Assembly (NCBI GenBank): GCA_047495785.1
Contig: JBLDXI010000054.1
Coordinates: 4,154,001-4,218,000 of the forward strand
Origin: Lepidodermella squamata
Lineage: Eukaryota > Animalia > Gastrotricha
Length of the DNA: 64,000 nucleotides
Direction of reading: 5' to 3'
The notes under the pieces are model-generated. The model was not told the DNA's origin, ran no database searches, and saw only the letters and a list, made by a program, of their open reading frames with translations. The position numbers and the translations under genes were made by a program. Numbering within the stretch: the first letter of the stretch is position 1; the number at the start of each line of letters is the position of its first letter. This document shows, piece after piece, positions 13,772-26,672 of this stretch.

Positions 13772-14735
13772 CACTCAATTATTTAAGACTATTCCAGACC
13801 TTCTAATGCGTCCTTCTAGGTAAAACGTATCGAAACATGAATAAAGCAAGTGAAACAAAATATAGCATCAAAGAGGCAGAAATAAGTTGACAATTAAAAA
13901 TTCAGAATGATGATGGAAAACAGGCTAAAACAACAGCGAGAAAACTGCGCTAGCCCAAATTAAGTTTTGATCACTTGGTATCATCATCCGTGTAACAACT
14001 GTTAATAGCTATTTTGAATTAGCCTTGGCGCATCATTGCTGATAGTATCTATGTAAAAAATGCCTAGCAGCCTCTTCGGCTGCTTTCAATAAAGGGCATC
14101 ATGCGAGTACTTTGGTCATAATCCACCTGCTAACATTATACCAAATTAGCTTCCATGGCTTCCGCAATAAAATCAGCCTCCTCGATGCTGGTGACTAAAT
14201 CGGTGCCACAGGCCTAATTCCACCAACAATTTTGCCGAACAAGATTTCGGGCTTAATTTCGTTGTGTAGAAGGTGAATCGATGTCAATTCCGAATCGTGG
14301 ACGATAGAATAAGTATAGAATTAATATTGAAATGGTCGAATTTTACGATGTTACAAAAAGCCACAACTGGTGAGGTGCAGCCACAGAAACACATGAAAAG
14401 CGGTAATAAGGCCACATAGAACACTACAAGCTAAACAACGGTTCGCAATTGTTAATTGCCCTCCTGAAATAGCTCACAAAACCGGTTTTCGGAAACCGAA
14501 AAACCGAAAAACGCCCCTAAAATCTTTAGCGGGCTATTCTTAAGAAGTCGCCCTTTACAAAAAATTAATAAAATTATAATTTTCGTTACAAACAATAACA
14601 TTTTATTGATTTCTTTTAATTCAATTACTATTTTGACTTGTATTTTTGCCGCATGACTAACCACTTCGGTCGAGCTTCAACCTGCTTCGTTTCAGATGTC
14701 GCGTTTTGCCGTTTCAGATTCCAGACGCTATGAAA

Positions 14736-14808
14736 TGCTTCCCAAGCAATTGCTTCCAAAGCAACTGCTTCCCAATCACTGCTCTAGAAGCAAAGTGCTT
14801 CCCAAGCA
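14736..14808. repeat. Array of five ~15-bp quasi-palindromic units (TGCTT-CCC-AAGCA); a related unit occurs at 15545-15563
   Basis: TGCTTCCCAAGCAAT / TGCTTCCAAAGCAAC / TGCTTCCCAATCAC / TGCTCTAGAAGCAAAG / TGCTTCCCAAGCA, read directly. Confidence 0.8.
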
Positions 14809-14814
14809 GGTAAA

Positions 14815-15544
14815 TAAACATGGCGTAACAATCATCACGCTGGGTCAGGCAGCGCCGAGTTCGCTAGCCAAATTGCAATCAACTCAAGATCGGGCCATTC
14901 GTGTCATTTGCGGTGCACATCCCTTGGCTGATCCCGAACCATTAAGACGCCGTCTAGGTTGGGTCGACGTGAATCAAAAACACGCGATCCACCTTGCTAC
15001 ATTCATCTGGAACTGTCTACATCAACAAGCGCCATCAATGTTGCAAACACTATTCCAATTGAACGAAGCCAGCGCGTACGGCTTTCGTCACTTTGAGCCA
15101 ATGATCAAGCCAACAGAACGCAAAGAGCGCGGTGCACTCAGTTTAGGCTACCGCGGGCCTGATTGGTGGAACCAGCTTCCGACGGCAGCACATCAAGCAG
15201 AATCAGCGCAGGAATGTCGTGAAGCTGTTTATCAGTATTGTTATTCCAATAATGCCGGCAAATTGAAATTGAATATAAATTAGCCTTGATTTTGTCTTGT
15301 ATGTATCTTATATTTTTATAAAGCTATCCAGCTTGTCAAGCATTGTTGTTGCCTAAAAATTGTTGTTACATCACTACTACACTATCTGCACTCGTAAAAA
15401 GCAATTTTTGTTATCATTTGCCAATGTCCTATTAATCTGTAAACTGTCCTGCAATTACATGTTTCACTTTCAAATTACCTCTTGTCAAGCTGCCCTCTTC
15501 TGGGCGTTAAAGCTTATAAATAAATAAATAAATAATAAATAAAT
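14815..15544 (+). mobile_element. 5'-truncated non-LTR retrotransposon (CR1/L2-like ORF2 C-terminus, 3'UTR and (TAAA)n tail)
   Basis: LAKLQSTQDRAIRVICGA...LRRRLGW...APSMLQTLF...SLGYRGPDWWNQLP is a typical post-RT LINE segment. (TAAA)n tail at ~15517-15544. Confidence 0.85.
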
Positions 15545-15564
15545 CACTGCTTCAGAAGCAGTGG

Positions 15565-15990
15565 CTACGTCTTGATGTCATCCCCGACCCTCGTTCTGCT
15601 GTGATTCGATTGGTCACTGGATATTGCCCACCATCCTCTGACTTGGATTTGCGGTTTCTTGAGCAGGAGTTTGAAGAGGTCCCGCACGTCCTGTGTTTTC
15701 GGCGGCGATTTGAACGCCAAGTCTCCTCTTTGGAGTGAAGCTGACCATTGGAATCCGCATGACTATCACCTACACCACATGGTGACCCGGCTCGGTCTCC
15801 CCGTCTTAAAGTCTGCCCCGACTCACATCGATCTCCGCACTGGCTCTTTTTTGACCCTGGATGTTTGGGTGGTTAATAACGCTGCTTTTCAATTTCAGCA
15901 CGTCAATTACAATTACAAAAGAGTTACCGTGGGTGACCGCCTCAGCAGCGACCACTTCAACACGTCGCTACGCCTCGAAATACCCGTGAT
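15565..15990 (+). mobile_element. Fragment of a LINE apurinic-type (EEP) endonuclease
   Basis: GGDLNAKSPLWS, PTH...TLDVWVVN and SSDH motifs of the APE-like endonuclease. Confidence 0.8.
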
Positions 15991-16667
15991 CGGAGCTCGT
16001 CGTTTGCTGATCCTGGTACTGATACTGATTTATTTTTGCAATTTGTCCCGCGACGTTTAGCAATTAAAAAGGGTCGAGGCGCCTCACCACTGATACAGTA
16101 TATTATTCTAGTTCACAGGCAATGCTTCTTGTATATTTGTATGATATAGTACGAGTGTTTCATTTATATCTGAGATTCGTAGCACGAGATGCGGGCATGT
16201 TGACGAGGCGGAGCCGAGTCGACATGACCAAATCGAGTGCGGATAATCCAGATATGAATGAATTACGAGTGCTATATCGTAAAATATTGCATGAGCATTG
16301 GTATACTATAACACTATATTTTTTGAGCGAATGCTATATTTCGCGAAATGAAAATGAGAGCTATTTACGACCTCAGAGGGTATAGAATTCCACGCCACAC
16401 GCACACGTCGCACAAATGAGTACTTTGATAGTTCATTTTCTGAACTTCTCCATCACAACCGCATGGTTTGACAGGCGACAGTTTTTCGAATTTTTTCGTC
16501 AACCATATTCCGATATAAAGCTTATGGCAGAGAGCTGCTGCCTCCTCCCGACCCCGCCCCGCGGTTCGATCTCTCTCGAGCCGATCGTAGAGGCTTTCAA
16601 CGAATGCTATGGGACCTCCTGGCTGCTATCCCTCTTACAGTCTAGCTATCCCTATATTCCTGCTATC

Positions 16668-17003
16668 CCTAATACACGTTACCGACCCCATCGATCCCGG
16701 GAGCCTTAAACGGTTTCAGACGGTCGATCTCTTGAGCCAGCATACGTCGCGGCGGAACTCGTACTGCTGCTTAGCTTCTCGAAACTCACCGTCGAGTCGC
16801 TTGATCTCCACTGCCAACTGGGGGTCACAGCGAGGGCCAATCGCGCGCTCAAGAACACGTTTCTGCTTCAGGATCAGACGCATATCGGCAGACATGGAAA
16901 TCTTCTTTACTTCACTGCGGTCACACAGGGGTACATGAAGGCGTCGCGCCTCGACGATAGCGGCATTGATGGCACGGCGGTATACGCAAGCAGCCGGTCC
17001 ATC
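16668..17003 (-). mobile_element. Inverted, internally deleted LINE ORF2 fragment (tether and start of RT)
   Basis: Minus strand reads ...AINAAIVEARRLHVP...LILKQKRVLER... then, in another frame, EIDRLKPFKAPGIDGVGN (the KAPGxDG motif that precedes non-LTR RT). Confidence 0.7.
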
Positions 17004-18140
17004 TGAATCTGAATTTATTTTCCCGACCGGGGGAAGCGACTGGCCAAAAATCGATAATCAGTCGATCGATTATCGAAAATCGATTTTTACGAAATTGGGG
17101 TAATCGCTATGAATTTGAAGATATAAGATTCGGATTCCTCGAAGTGGAACACGCATTGTGGTCAACTTGACATTTCCCAGGGATGGCATCTTATACACAT
17201 TAAATGGCGATTTATGTTATATATTGTCGACTTTAAATGCGACATTTATTAGGTATATTACATTTCGACGTTTTGGTGTTTACTTTGTAGACCTGTAAAT
17301 CCCATTAAAAAAGCCCTGGTTATTAAAGTCATTTCCTTGAGACTCAATTTTCTTTGGAGTATACATTTTTAGGCGACCATTACCTGACCATTACCACCTG
17401 ACATATGCCCTGATTGCGCTTTGCGCTTGGCCTTTGGCGCAACTTGGCGCAACTTGGAAACTTTTGTATGTTGAGCTCCACGGATATTGTTGTTTATCTT
17501 CGACGGAGAAGCCTCCATTATATTTCTCTACCCGAAATATACTCGCAAAAAAGCAGATTGAATACATTTTTATCCTTAATTTATTATTTTATTCATACTT
17601 TTAATATAATATTTCGGTTTACTCAATTTCAGAACCTTCAACAGCTTGTAAATAAGAATTAACACAGCGTTAAGAAAAGGCAACGATCTCGTTTATGATA
17701 ATTTGCACTGATTCTTTTAGTAATGCTGGACTCGGACAGGCAGTCGTTTTTGTTGATAATATTCGTATTTTGCATCATGTCCGTGGCGTATTTGGCCCAC
17801 GAGGATCAGGAATCAAGGTATGCATAAGCTTGCGGCTTATTGTTGCGAAACATTAATAAGTAATAATAAGCGCATATAAATTGTTCATTCGATATGAAAG
17901 AAGAAGACGTATTCTTTGCAAGCCATGGCAAGAATGGAAAAATCTCAGATCTCACAAAAGTATAATACGATATAAGGGCGAGTTTTTATCTCCGATGTGA
18001 TCGTGTCCTCCTCAAACTAGAAAACTTTCAAGCAATAATAATAATAATATTAGCAATAATAACATCGTGACGTGTAATAATAGCACGCAACCAAAGCAAA
18101 ACAAAAGTTCTCTCGCAAGTGGGCTCGATTTGAAAAAAGT

Positions 18141-19279
18141 TTACATGTCGAGCAGGGCTGTCTCGGAGCGCAGTCGACGCCGAGTGGTCGCCATTTTCAC
18201 CTGGTTTTGGCGCAACTTGCCGCTGTCGTCAACCACATTAGCGCCACCAAAAACGATCGAACGCTCGGTCATCATCGCTGGAAACATCGAAGTCTGGGCA
18301 GGCGGCGACATGAAGAAAGCAGCAGCAGCCGCAGCAACGCTGTTGTCCAGGTTCGTCGAGCTGGGTGTGCTCGGCGTGTGCAAGGCCGAGTCGTTCATGC
18401 GTTGGCAACTTCCGGCGCTGTTCAGAACTATAAATAGAAAAAGAGTTAACAAGACAAAAAATCAGCAATAGTAGAAAACATACCGCTATTCGCCCAGTTC
18501 TGTTGAATACGCAGCAGCTCTTGAACTGTCATCGACTGACGGTCATTGAACGAGTTCTCCATCGACTTCCCAGCTGATTGACTCGACTTGGAGCTGAAGA
18601 AGCGATCCGGACCATTAGGGGTCTGCACGGGCGTGTTCAGCAGCGTAGTAGGCAAGTCGCCGAGATGATGCGAATGGAAACCACCGTAATGCTGCGAGTT
18701 TGGAGTCATTGGACTACCAAACATGCCACCAGATGGCAGCGGCGTAGCACTGCTGAACATTCCACCAGTCGGCGGGGTCTTGGTCATTCCAGAATGAAGC
18801 TGAAAATAGCGAAATTTCAAATATATAAACATAATTCGAATAAAAAAGTTTTAGCTACTGGTTTTAGGTGAATTTGGAGAGAATACTAGCAAATAGCTGA
18901 ATATCTCAATGCTTGATGCTGACCTGTACAAGAGATATTTCCAGTAAAGTTATCTTACGTTTGTTTCCTTGGAGTTGATGCCGGCAATCAGCTGTTTCTG
19001 GTTGATGATTTCGTGCATGGCGCGAACAGTTTGGCGATTCAATTGGTACATGCGTTTCTGGACCATGGCAACTTCGCGATCGCTCATCGGCCCGAAGGCG
19101 CTCGTGTAGACAGACACAACAGCCATAAGGTCTTCGAAGAGTGGGGCTTTAAAAACAAGGTGGGCAAAGTCATCAAAGGCGTGCTTCTTGTCGATGAACT
19201 TTTCCAGCGAAAGTAAGGAGTCATAAAATGACGAAGAGGGCTGCGATTGAAAGTGCTGCGTGAAGTTGTTAATGTTCAT
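18141..19279 (-). CDS. Uncharacterised ~307-aa protein; exons 19279-18959, 18799-18484, 18427-18141
   Basis: Three ORF pieces join in frame through GT-AG introns (AAC|gtaaga...tttcag|CTT; G|gtatgt...tatag|TT). Helical-looking N-terminus, S/T-P-rich middle, basic C-terminus. No family recognised. Confidence 0.65.
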
Positions 19280-20322
19280 TGTGTCGGTATGCGAGCAGGA
19301 AATAGTTCAAAGTTCGATCGACGTTGCTGTTATTATCGAATGATGAAAATGTTCGAATGAAAATATTAACTGGCGAGTTGTTTTTCAGTGCATAGGCTAG
19401 TCGACTTTTATGGCAAAAAATCCTTGAAAATAATGAATAATTCGATAGGCGCGTGTCGAGCTCGTGCTGCGTACATGAATTGCGCAACATCTTTCCTCAG
19501 CCGCCGATAAACAGATCGATTTCGAACTTTGATGACCCTAACATGTGATTTTGCGATGTCGTTTCCCCGCTCAATTGCGCAATTCGTCGCCGAATTCTTA
19601 ATTGCCAGCTTCATTAGCGACTGGCGACAGGGAGAAAAAAATTAATTGCCCACGCCATCGTCAACTTCTGAATTTCTGATCTTTATTTTTTTATCCATCA
19701 AGAAGATACACTTTCAATAATAATATTATTCATGATAATAAATTCATTTGTCAAAAAGCGGCTTCATTCGAAAACATTAAGTCAGACGTCCCATGAAAAT
19801 GACTTGATGCAGATTAGAAAAACCATGGGAATAGCTTGGATTCCAAGCAGACTAATTTTGTGTCATCATCACGAAATGTATGTAAAAATGCGGAAATCGG
19901 CGCTCTAGTAAAAGGGCGCCCTATACATATCTGAAGGCGAAAAAAACTTGAGGTGCACCATGAAGAAAGATGGAAGGAAATAATGAAGTTAAGCAAACGA
20001 GACATTAATTTTAGTGATCCGAGCAGAAACAATAACAATCAGAAATTTTGCTGCCGTACTAATAAATTAGTGATTTTCATATTTCTACAACATAAAGATT
20101 ATATTTTGATTCAATAGTTTTACTGACGATTCGATTTCTATTTACAATGATGCTATTTCTGTTATATCGTCGCAATTAAAAACTTTTAAAATATTTCAGA
20201 TTTAAAAACTGGATAGATACAACATCAATTATGAAATTTCATGTATACTTTCGGAAGTCATTTTTTACAAGTTAACTTTCACAGTTTGGCTGAGGAAGAA
20301 GGCATATATATCGAGCAGTTAT

Positions 20323-22566
20323 TTATGACGACATTAACGTTGCCGTCGTTGGTAGATCGGTTTCGAGCAAAGGTTGGCGTACGGCTGGGTCGACACCGTG
20401 CCCAGTCGCTTCCGCTGGTGGCCGGGTGGCCCCAGACTTGCTGGAATCGCCAGTGGGCGGTTTCGAGAAGATTGCACTCGTCGGAATGGTGCTGTACGCC
20501 GTGCCGAGGTTTTTCTCTTTTCGTGCAGCCAAAGCTGTCGATCGACGCACGTTGAGAATGATTAGGAAAATGAGGCCGCCGACGAAAACAGCAGCGGCAA
20601 TTGTCCCTATCGCAATGTAGACGACCATGTCCTCTTCGCGCTGTCTAGCAGGTCCGCCCGGTTGCTCGAGCGATGAATGAGTCACTTCGTCGTGCCTATT
20701 GTTGAGCCATTTGCCGCCGGCGCTGGAGTTCGAAGGCTCCTCATCGTCATCGATGAGAAGTTCGCGCATTGTTGGAACCTCTTCGTAAGACGTTGTCGAC
20801 AAGCCATTATCTGGAACGCTGCTTAATTTCTACAACGAAACAAGTGGTTATTTAGAAGGTATTAAAGCTTAGTTCGAGAAAATCTTACTTCAAATAAATT
20901 GTTAGACTTATGTGGTGGACTAGTTGTCTTTGTTACCATCGTTTTAGTGGTAGTAGTAGGTGAAGGCTGCGAAGTGGAGATTGATTTCACCGTCGAATAC
21001 CGATTGTCAGCCGAATGCGAATCTGTCGGTCCTTTCGTAGTGTTCGAATTGATGAGCGATAATGAGATCGAAGCCCCTGGCGATACTGAGGATGAAGTCC
21101 TGAGGCTACTGCGGATTGATGCGTATTTAGTCGTACTAGTCATTGCGGCTGTCGTTGTCACTTTTGAAAAACGATTTGTTGCATTATGTGTCGTTGATGT
21201 AGAGGCAGTCTTGATAGAGCTAGGCTGATTTGTCGTCGGACTTTCCCGCCGCAGTGATGTCGTTTGCGTAACTGTCTTCCTCGTCGAAGTCGCTATCGAA
21301 GAAGATGATGTTGTTGATGCAGGTTCGCTGGTTTGAGCCAGTTCTATATAGGAGGCAATAGAATAGAACACAGCATTAATTTTCTGAACGCATTTCAAAA
21401 CTGTTATGCATATAAAACTTTTGAAATTCACAAAAGGAAAGTGTGTTTACATTTACGTCGATTCGATAAGGCATTAAGAGCGGTTTCATTTTTCAATTTC
21501 AATTGTTCAAACTTTGCCCAAACGGTTTCATGTCAGTAGCATGAATAAAGTTTACGGAAACTGGTAACGTTGACGAAGCTTGATGGATTGATATCATGAG
21601 GACTATGATGATTTTGAGGATTTTACAGACTATTCTAATGCGCTCATGTCCCAGCAAACCTTTTTATAAAAAATTGCTGCGCCTCATCGGAAATCAACTA
21701 ATTATTAATTCAATATACAAACTTGTTTGGGTACGCATTGACGTAGTCGTCGTAGTTGATGCTGTTGTACTTGGTCTAGTCGTGTAGACTTTAGCTGTAG
21801 TTGTTGACGTAGTCGTTGGTGTCGAAGTAGTCGTAGCTTTCGTTGTCGTTTTCACAGTGGTCGCTGGACTTCGAGTCGTTGTCACTAGACGACGTGCTGT
21901 TGTAGTAATGCGATTCATGGAATTGCTGCTTCTATTGCCGCTGACAAGCATCAAATCTGCAGCGGCGCAAACGGCCGGAATTTCATCCTCGCCACCGTCG
22001 CAATCACGCTTGCCGTCGCAAAACGCCGCCATTGCAACACATTGGCGTTGCCCACCGATGCTACCGCCGGTTGTTCTGCACCAGAAGCCGTCATCTGTCG
22101 CTCTACCGCCACCCTTCGTCGCACAAGGGCAAAACAGTTCGTCGTACGCTAACCGATCTGCCTTACTCGCCAAGGGACATTCCGGACGGCCGTTGCAACG
22201 CATAGCGGCAGGTAAGCAACGCCCCGATGGACAGCGGAACTCATCGGGCCGATCGCACTCTCGAGTCGCGCAAAATACATCGTCCTCATCTTGGCCATTC
22301 GGACAGTTGACGAATCCGTCGCACAAGTATGACCGATAAATGCAGCCGCCGCCTCCGTTCTGCGTCGAATTGTCACACACCCAGCCTGGCTGGCTGCGGC
22401 GCATTGCTCGGAAAGAAATCTCGCACGTTCGATCGCTGTAGTAATGTATGTCGAGGGTGTTTTGGAAGTCGTCTGCATTTTGCGTTTCCGTGAAGATGCG
22501 GCGCCGCTGAGCCGTCGCCAACGCTCCTATACTAAGGGCGACCAACAGTTTAAAAAGCTGGTCCAT
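20323..22566 (-). CDS. Type I membrane protein: signal peptide, 3 LDL-receptor class A repeats, Thr/Ser mucin-like stalk, TM helix, short cytoplasmic tail (internal exon boundaries approximate)
   Basis: MDQLFKLLVALSIGALATA signal peptide. LDLa motifs CDGFVNCPNGQDE, FRCPSGRCLPAAMRCNGRPEC, CDGKRDCDGGEDE. Poly-Thr stalk. TM VVYIAIGTIAAAVFVGGLIFLIILNV followed by RR. Confidence 0.85.
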
Positions 22567-25514
22567 TTTGTTCCAAGTACAACTTGGCTCTAGTGCGAAA
22601 CGAATCTGAACTCAGACAGTCGCACCATACAAGTTAATATAAAACCTAATAATTCCTATTTATCATTGAGAAATGAGGACAATTGAATTTTCAAGCATTA
22701 TTGATGACGGCTTTTCGATAATAGCGCGATTTAATCCGAGCATGACCATGTTTATTGTACACGTCTCCTAATAGCACTTGGTACAGGAAAAAGAATGAGA
22801 AGGTCATTACGGCGCGAGAAAAAACAGCCGGCTTTATTTGTCGAGGTGAATAAGACGCAACACCTTATAGCGATGAATAATGAGATTTGTATGCTGCGTC
22901 TTATCAAAAGTTACATTTCCGCTTTTATTGCGAGACGAAATCACAAAAAATCTCTGAACAAACAACGCGTATATCCGATGTTCGCACACCCTAGTATTGC
23001 CTGATTTCATATAATTCAAAAGTAGTACCTGTGAGTGAAAAAATTGAGTAAAATTCAGATGCGCCCGTGCTTTATCGCACATCGTCTAATCTATCATGCA
23101 GCTATGTTTGACGATAAAGCAGCATCGAGCTGATTTTTCGGATCATGAAAATGACCTAGGTAGTGTAATACAGGCCGTAGTAAAGTGGCATCTGCCCATT
23201 GTTACTTCAAAGAATTTAAGTAAATGAAGATGATGATGCTGACATTATTGCTGAAAATAACGAGCAGTTGATGGTGAGAAAAGCAGGCGTTGTGTAGTAA
23301 ATAACCTAATTACATTCCGATAGGCAATAACGGGCTAATGCGCTTGTTTTTAGCCGCTCAAAATCACATCACTCGCGCGAGCCTTAACGAGGTTATTATG
23401 GAACCAGTCATCGGCAACGCATGCGTGGTGCGGGCGCGTTTTTGCGCGGCGGCGGCTGCTGCCATTTTTGAGCCCCGCGTTTCGGCGTGTGTTGTTTATG
23501 CGCGGGGTTGTTGGAAAAATTTTATCGACGGCAGCAGTCGCGCTTATCAGTGCCGAGGCGGTTGCGTTGCGGCTGAGTGGGCTGCCCGCGCACCTGAGAC
23601 CGTGTGCGGCACTGTTACTACACCCCGATAATGTTATTCGGGCCGGCGATGATGACAGGTCGCGGCAACGTAAATCCGGCGTGTTAAGACCCTTGTTGCC
23701 AATCGACGGTGGTGATGTGGTTGTGGAGACAGGCGCCCGTGCCTATTATTCATGCGCGCGATGCGTCGACGGCCGCGGGGCCATATGCGCGCGTCTTTTG
23801 GCGCTCGCCTTATCGCGCGACGTTGTCGTCGTCGACGAGGGGACGCCGGCGATTACCATGCCGACGACGGGTTGTAGCAATTGTGGTGCCGTGTGCAGCC
23901 CCTCCGGCTTGTTGTTTCGCGCTTGTTTGATTGTAAACCGAAATGGCGTAATCGCGAAAGGACATGGGGTCATTGCGGCTTTTTCCGCGCCCGATTTGGT
24001 CACCGAACAGCGCAGCGCACACGTCAATGCCGGCGGCGTAAGCACGGCACTCTCAGCGCTGGCGTGTGACATATCGGCCCTGGACGCATACAGAACAGAA
24101 ATAAAGAATGGTAAAAGGCGGAAATTTCTGCTGGTTCGAATACCAAACGCCCGCACTCAGCGACATGCCGAGCGCGATGAGTGAAGACAGACGGCGTTCG
24201 CATTTATATGAGGCGCGACAACAAACCAACGAGCAACTGCTTGTTTGCCTTAACAACAAGGTGAGGCAGCTGCGCCCATGATGCCCTACCTTATTGCTAT
24301 TGCTTTCCTGTTGAATTGGCTTGGTTGAAATCAAAGACATACATAACATTGTCTCATTATATTCAACTTTATAGCACTCACTTGTGATCAAACGATAGTT
24401 TTTTTGCGACGCACAGGGAAAAGTTGAAAAAGTGTTGCAATATAAGTACGCAATTAAGTTGCAGCATATTCTTCCCCTTCCATTTCTGATTTTTTTTCCA
24501 TCTGTATCCTTCGGCTCCTATTCTTCCAATCTCTCTTCAAATTGGAAGAAGATTTGGAAGAGAGTGAAGGAAAAAGAAGGGAAGAAAATAGAAGAGGAAG
24601 ATTGCTGAATAGATTTTTACGAAAATGAACATCTCACCTTACCTGGTTATCATAACATTGCGTTCATCACCCGGTGCAAATCATCACTTTTTGGATATAT
24701 CAGTCATGCACTCGCTATCGAAAATTGTTTAAAAAGCGAAGTCATGGAAATAAAAAAAGCAATCCACTCCTGCAAAAGCACCAGTACCTTTCAGGGCGAG
24801 CTTATAAACACTTGGCACATATACAGTTATATTTTACGAAGGTGCTTTATCAATACCAAACCGCTTTTTACTGAACTGAAAATAATCGGAATTTCGCGCC
24901 TGCCTAGATCAACTTGGCGGAAAATTGCAAAACATAACTTTTCCAGTTTCATTGCTTTACAGCCTTTCAATTAGCTCATGACTGCTTTGACCTCATGGGT
25001 CTGTCAACCTTCAAGCCAGAATACAACCCACTGCACTCTATACCGTTTGATTCAGCCCGATCTCCCTAGTAAATAAAAACTGCCACAGTTGTAAAGCGTA
25101 GCGTACGTTTCAAATTTCAAGTAGTTTCACTTCAACCTAAGCTAACTGACATTCTAAATATTCATCGGCGACAAAAAACGTTGGAATTTGACTCTGGCAT
25201 CCATTCGAGGTCGTAGTTGAACTGTGGCTACAAAGCGCCAGTTATCGGTCAATTAAAAATTGAAAGTGCATACAAATTAAGCCGCGAACCGATCCCAATC
25301 TTGTCTGTTGAACAAAATTTATAACCATCATCTGTAACGTTTTATTTTGAAGTTACTTATGAGAAACATTGAACCAGATTCAGTAAAACTATCAACAAAA
25401 CGTAGGATGATGTGGTATTGTTTAATCAATCGTCATCAAATGCAACAGCAGCTGATATCAAGTCGTCGATATCTGATAAATAAATAAATAAACGAAAATA
25501 AACAAAATCAATAA

Positions 25515-26672
25515 TTATAAGTCTAACAGACCTTCGTGAATATCATCATCATCGCCGCCGTAAGTTGGGGCAGCCGGCGGGTTTTGGCTGTTTTCTGAGC
25601 TCGCACCAGGCAAAGCATTTTCGTAAAAATTCAACAAATAATTTTGAACGTAGGCAGACAGGTTGGCTGCGGTACTCAAACCGGGCTGACAAAAAATGCG
25701 CCTGACAGCATTGCCACCACTCAGAGAGTCGCAGCTATTTTCAGCCGCCGCGCTAGCATTAGGTTTATAGTAGACACAGGCGATATTTTTCGGCGTGACA
25801 TTTAGGTACATGCTCAGATGATCGTTCTTGTCGGTGCCGCTGAATGATAGCAACCCGCTGTTGGGACGGCGCAGTTTCATTACGCTGGTACCAGTCAGCA
25901 GCAGCGAGGCACCCCGAATTGATAAGACATTCGGCTGTAAAGTTCGCAGCAACGATCGCTGAATGCAAACATTTATTTCACCTAAACAAACATTGTTCGT
26001 GTTAAATAATTCATAAATCGTAACTGAGAACAAAAACGGCGCTATTTCAAAACTTTGGATCGATGTAATAGCAATTAAGTCAACCTGATCGATCTCGCAC
26101 CGTCAACACGTGGTCGCCCTGGGCGGATTTCACGCTGAAAGACACTATTGAGCATATCGTTACCGGCACCTTTATAAAAGATCACAGTTCGTGCACGTTT
26201 GTTAAATTCAATCTATCACCTTCCCATTTGGCAAGTCGTTCGCGCAGCTTTTTATTTGATTTATTGTATAGAATCCCTGAAAAGTAGAACACCTATGATA
26301 TTTCACAAATATCTGAAATTACACCCACTTTCATTGGTTTGTCCAAACCAGCTTCCGCTTGGAGCACCGCCAACGCTGCGAAGTCTTCAGCTGATCGATT
26401 GATTTGTGATTGAACTGTCGCATGGGACTGAGTAGCAGTCATGTAGACATCGGCTCTTTTGTGTTCATTCGCCCTCGCATTTGCCTGTTTTGAGCGTAAA
26501 TGAGATTGTGACTCGATAGGCATTCCAGCCAAATCGGGTGATGGTTTTCGTCTCTTAGGCTCTGACGGCTCGAATTCCCAGTCCTGTTGTGTTCACCATT
26601 GACAGGTCGATTTTCAAAAAAAAATCACTCAGCACTTACCACATCGTCCAACTCATTAGTGCTTTTGAACAT
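25515..26672 (-). CDS. HROB: Homologous recombination OB-fold protein (HROB/MCM8IP/C17orf53), five exons
   Basis: Spliced sequence LPNGK|VPVTICSIVSF...VLTVRDRSG|EINVCIQRSLL...GASLLL...YLNVTPKNIACVY resembles the HROB OB-fold (LPxxKVP...DPTGE...YLNVTPxN). Confidence 0.8.

Noticed and set aside
14050-14310. Minus-strand text TDLVTSIEEADFIAEAME resembling a Rossmann-fold dehydrogenase segment
   Set aside because: Too short and interrupted to support a gene or pseudogene call.
14736-14808. CRISPR-like palindromic repeats
   Set aside because: Units are directly adjacent with no spacers, there are no cas genes, and the context is eukaryotic.
16560-16575. GGTTCGA T-loop-like words (also ~45066 and ~62182)
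   Set aside because: No cloverleaf stems or A box; not tRNAs.
23468-24184. 238-aa + strand ORF and overlapping ORFs in a GC/CpG-rich stretch
   Set aside because: No ATG start, no domain and no splice support. More likely regulatory DNA upstream of the LDLa gene.
24470-25000. Pyrimidine/purine foldback (TTCTTCCAAT...ATTGGAAGAA at 24521-24550) and LINE-like words EIKKAI/TKPLFTELK
   Set aside because: Low complexity, and the similarity is too fragmentary to call.
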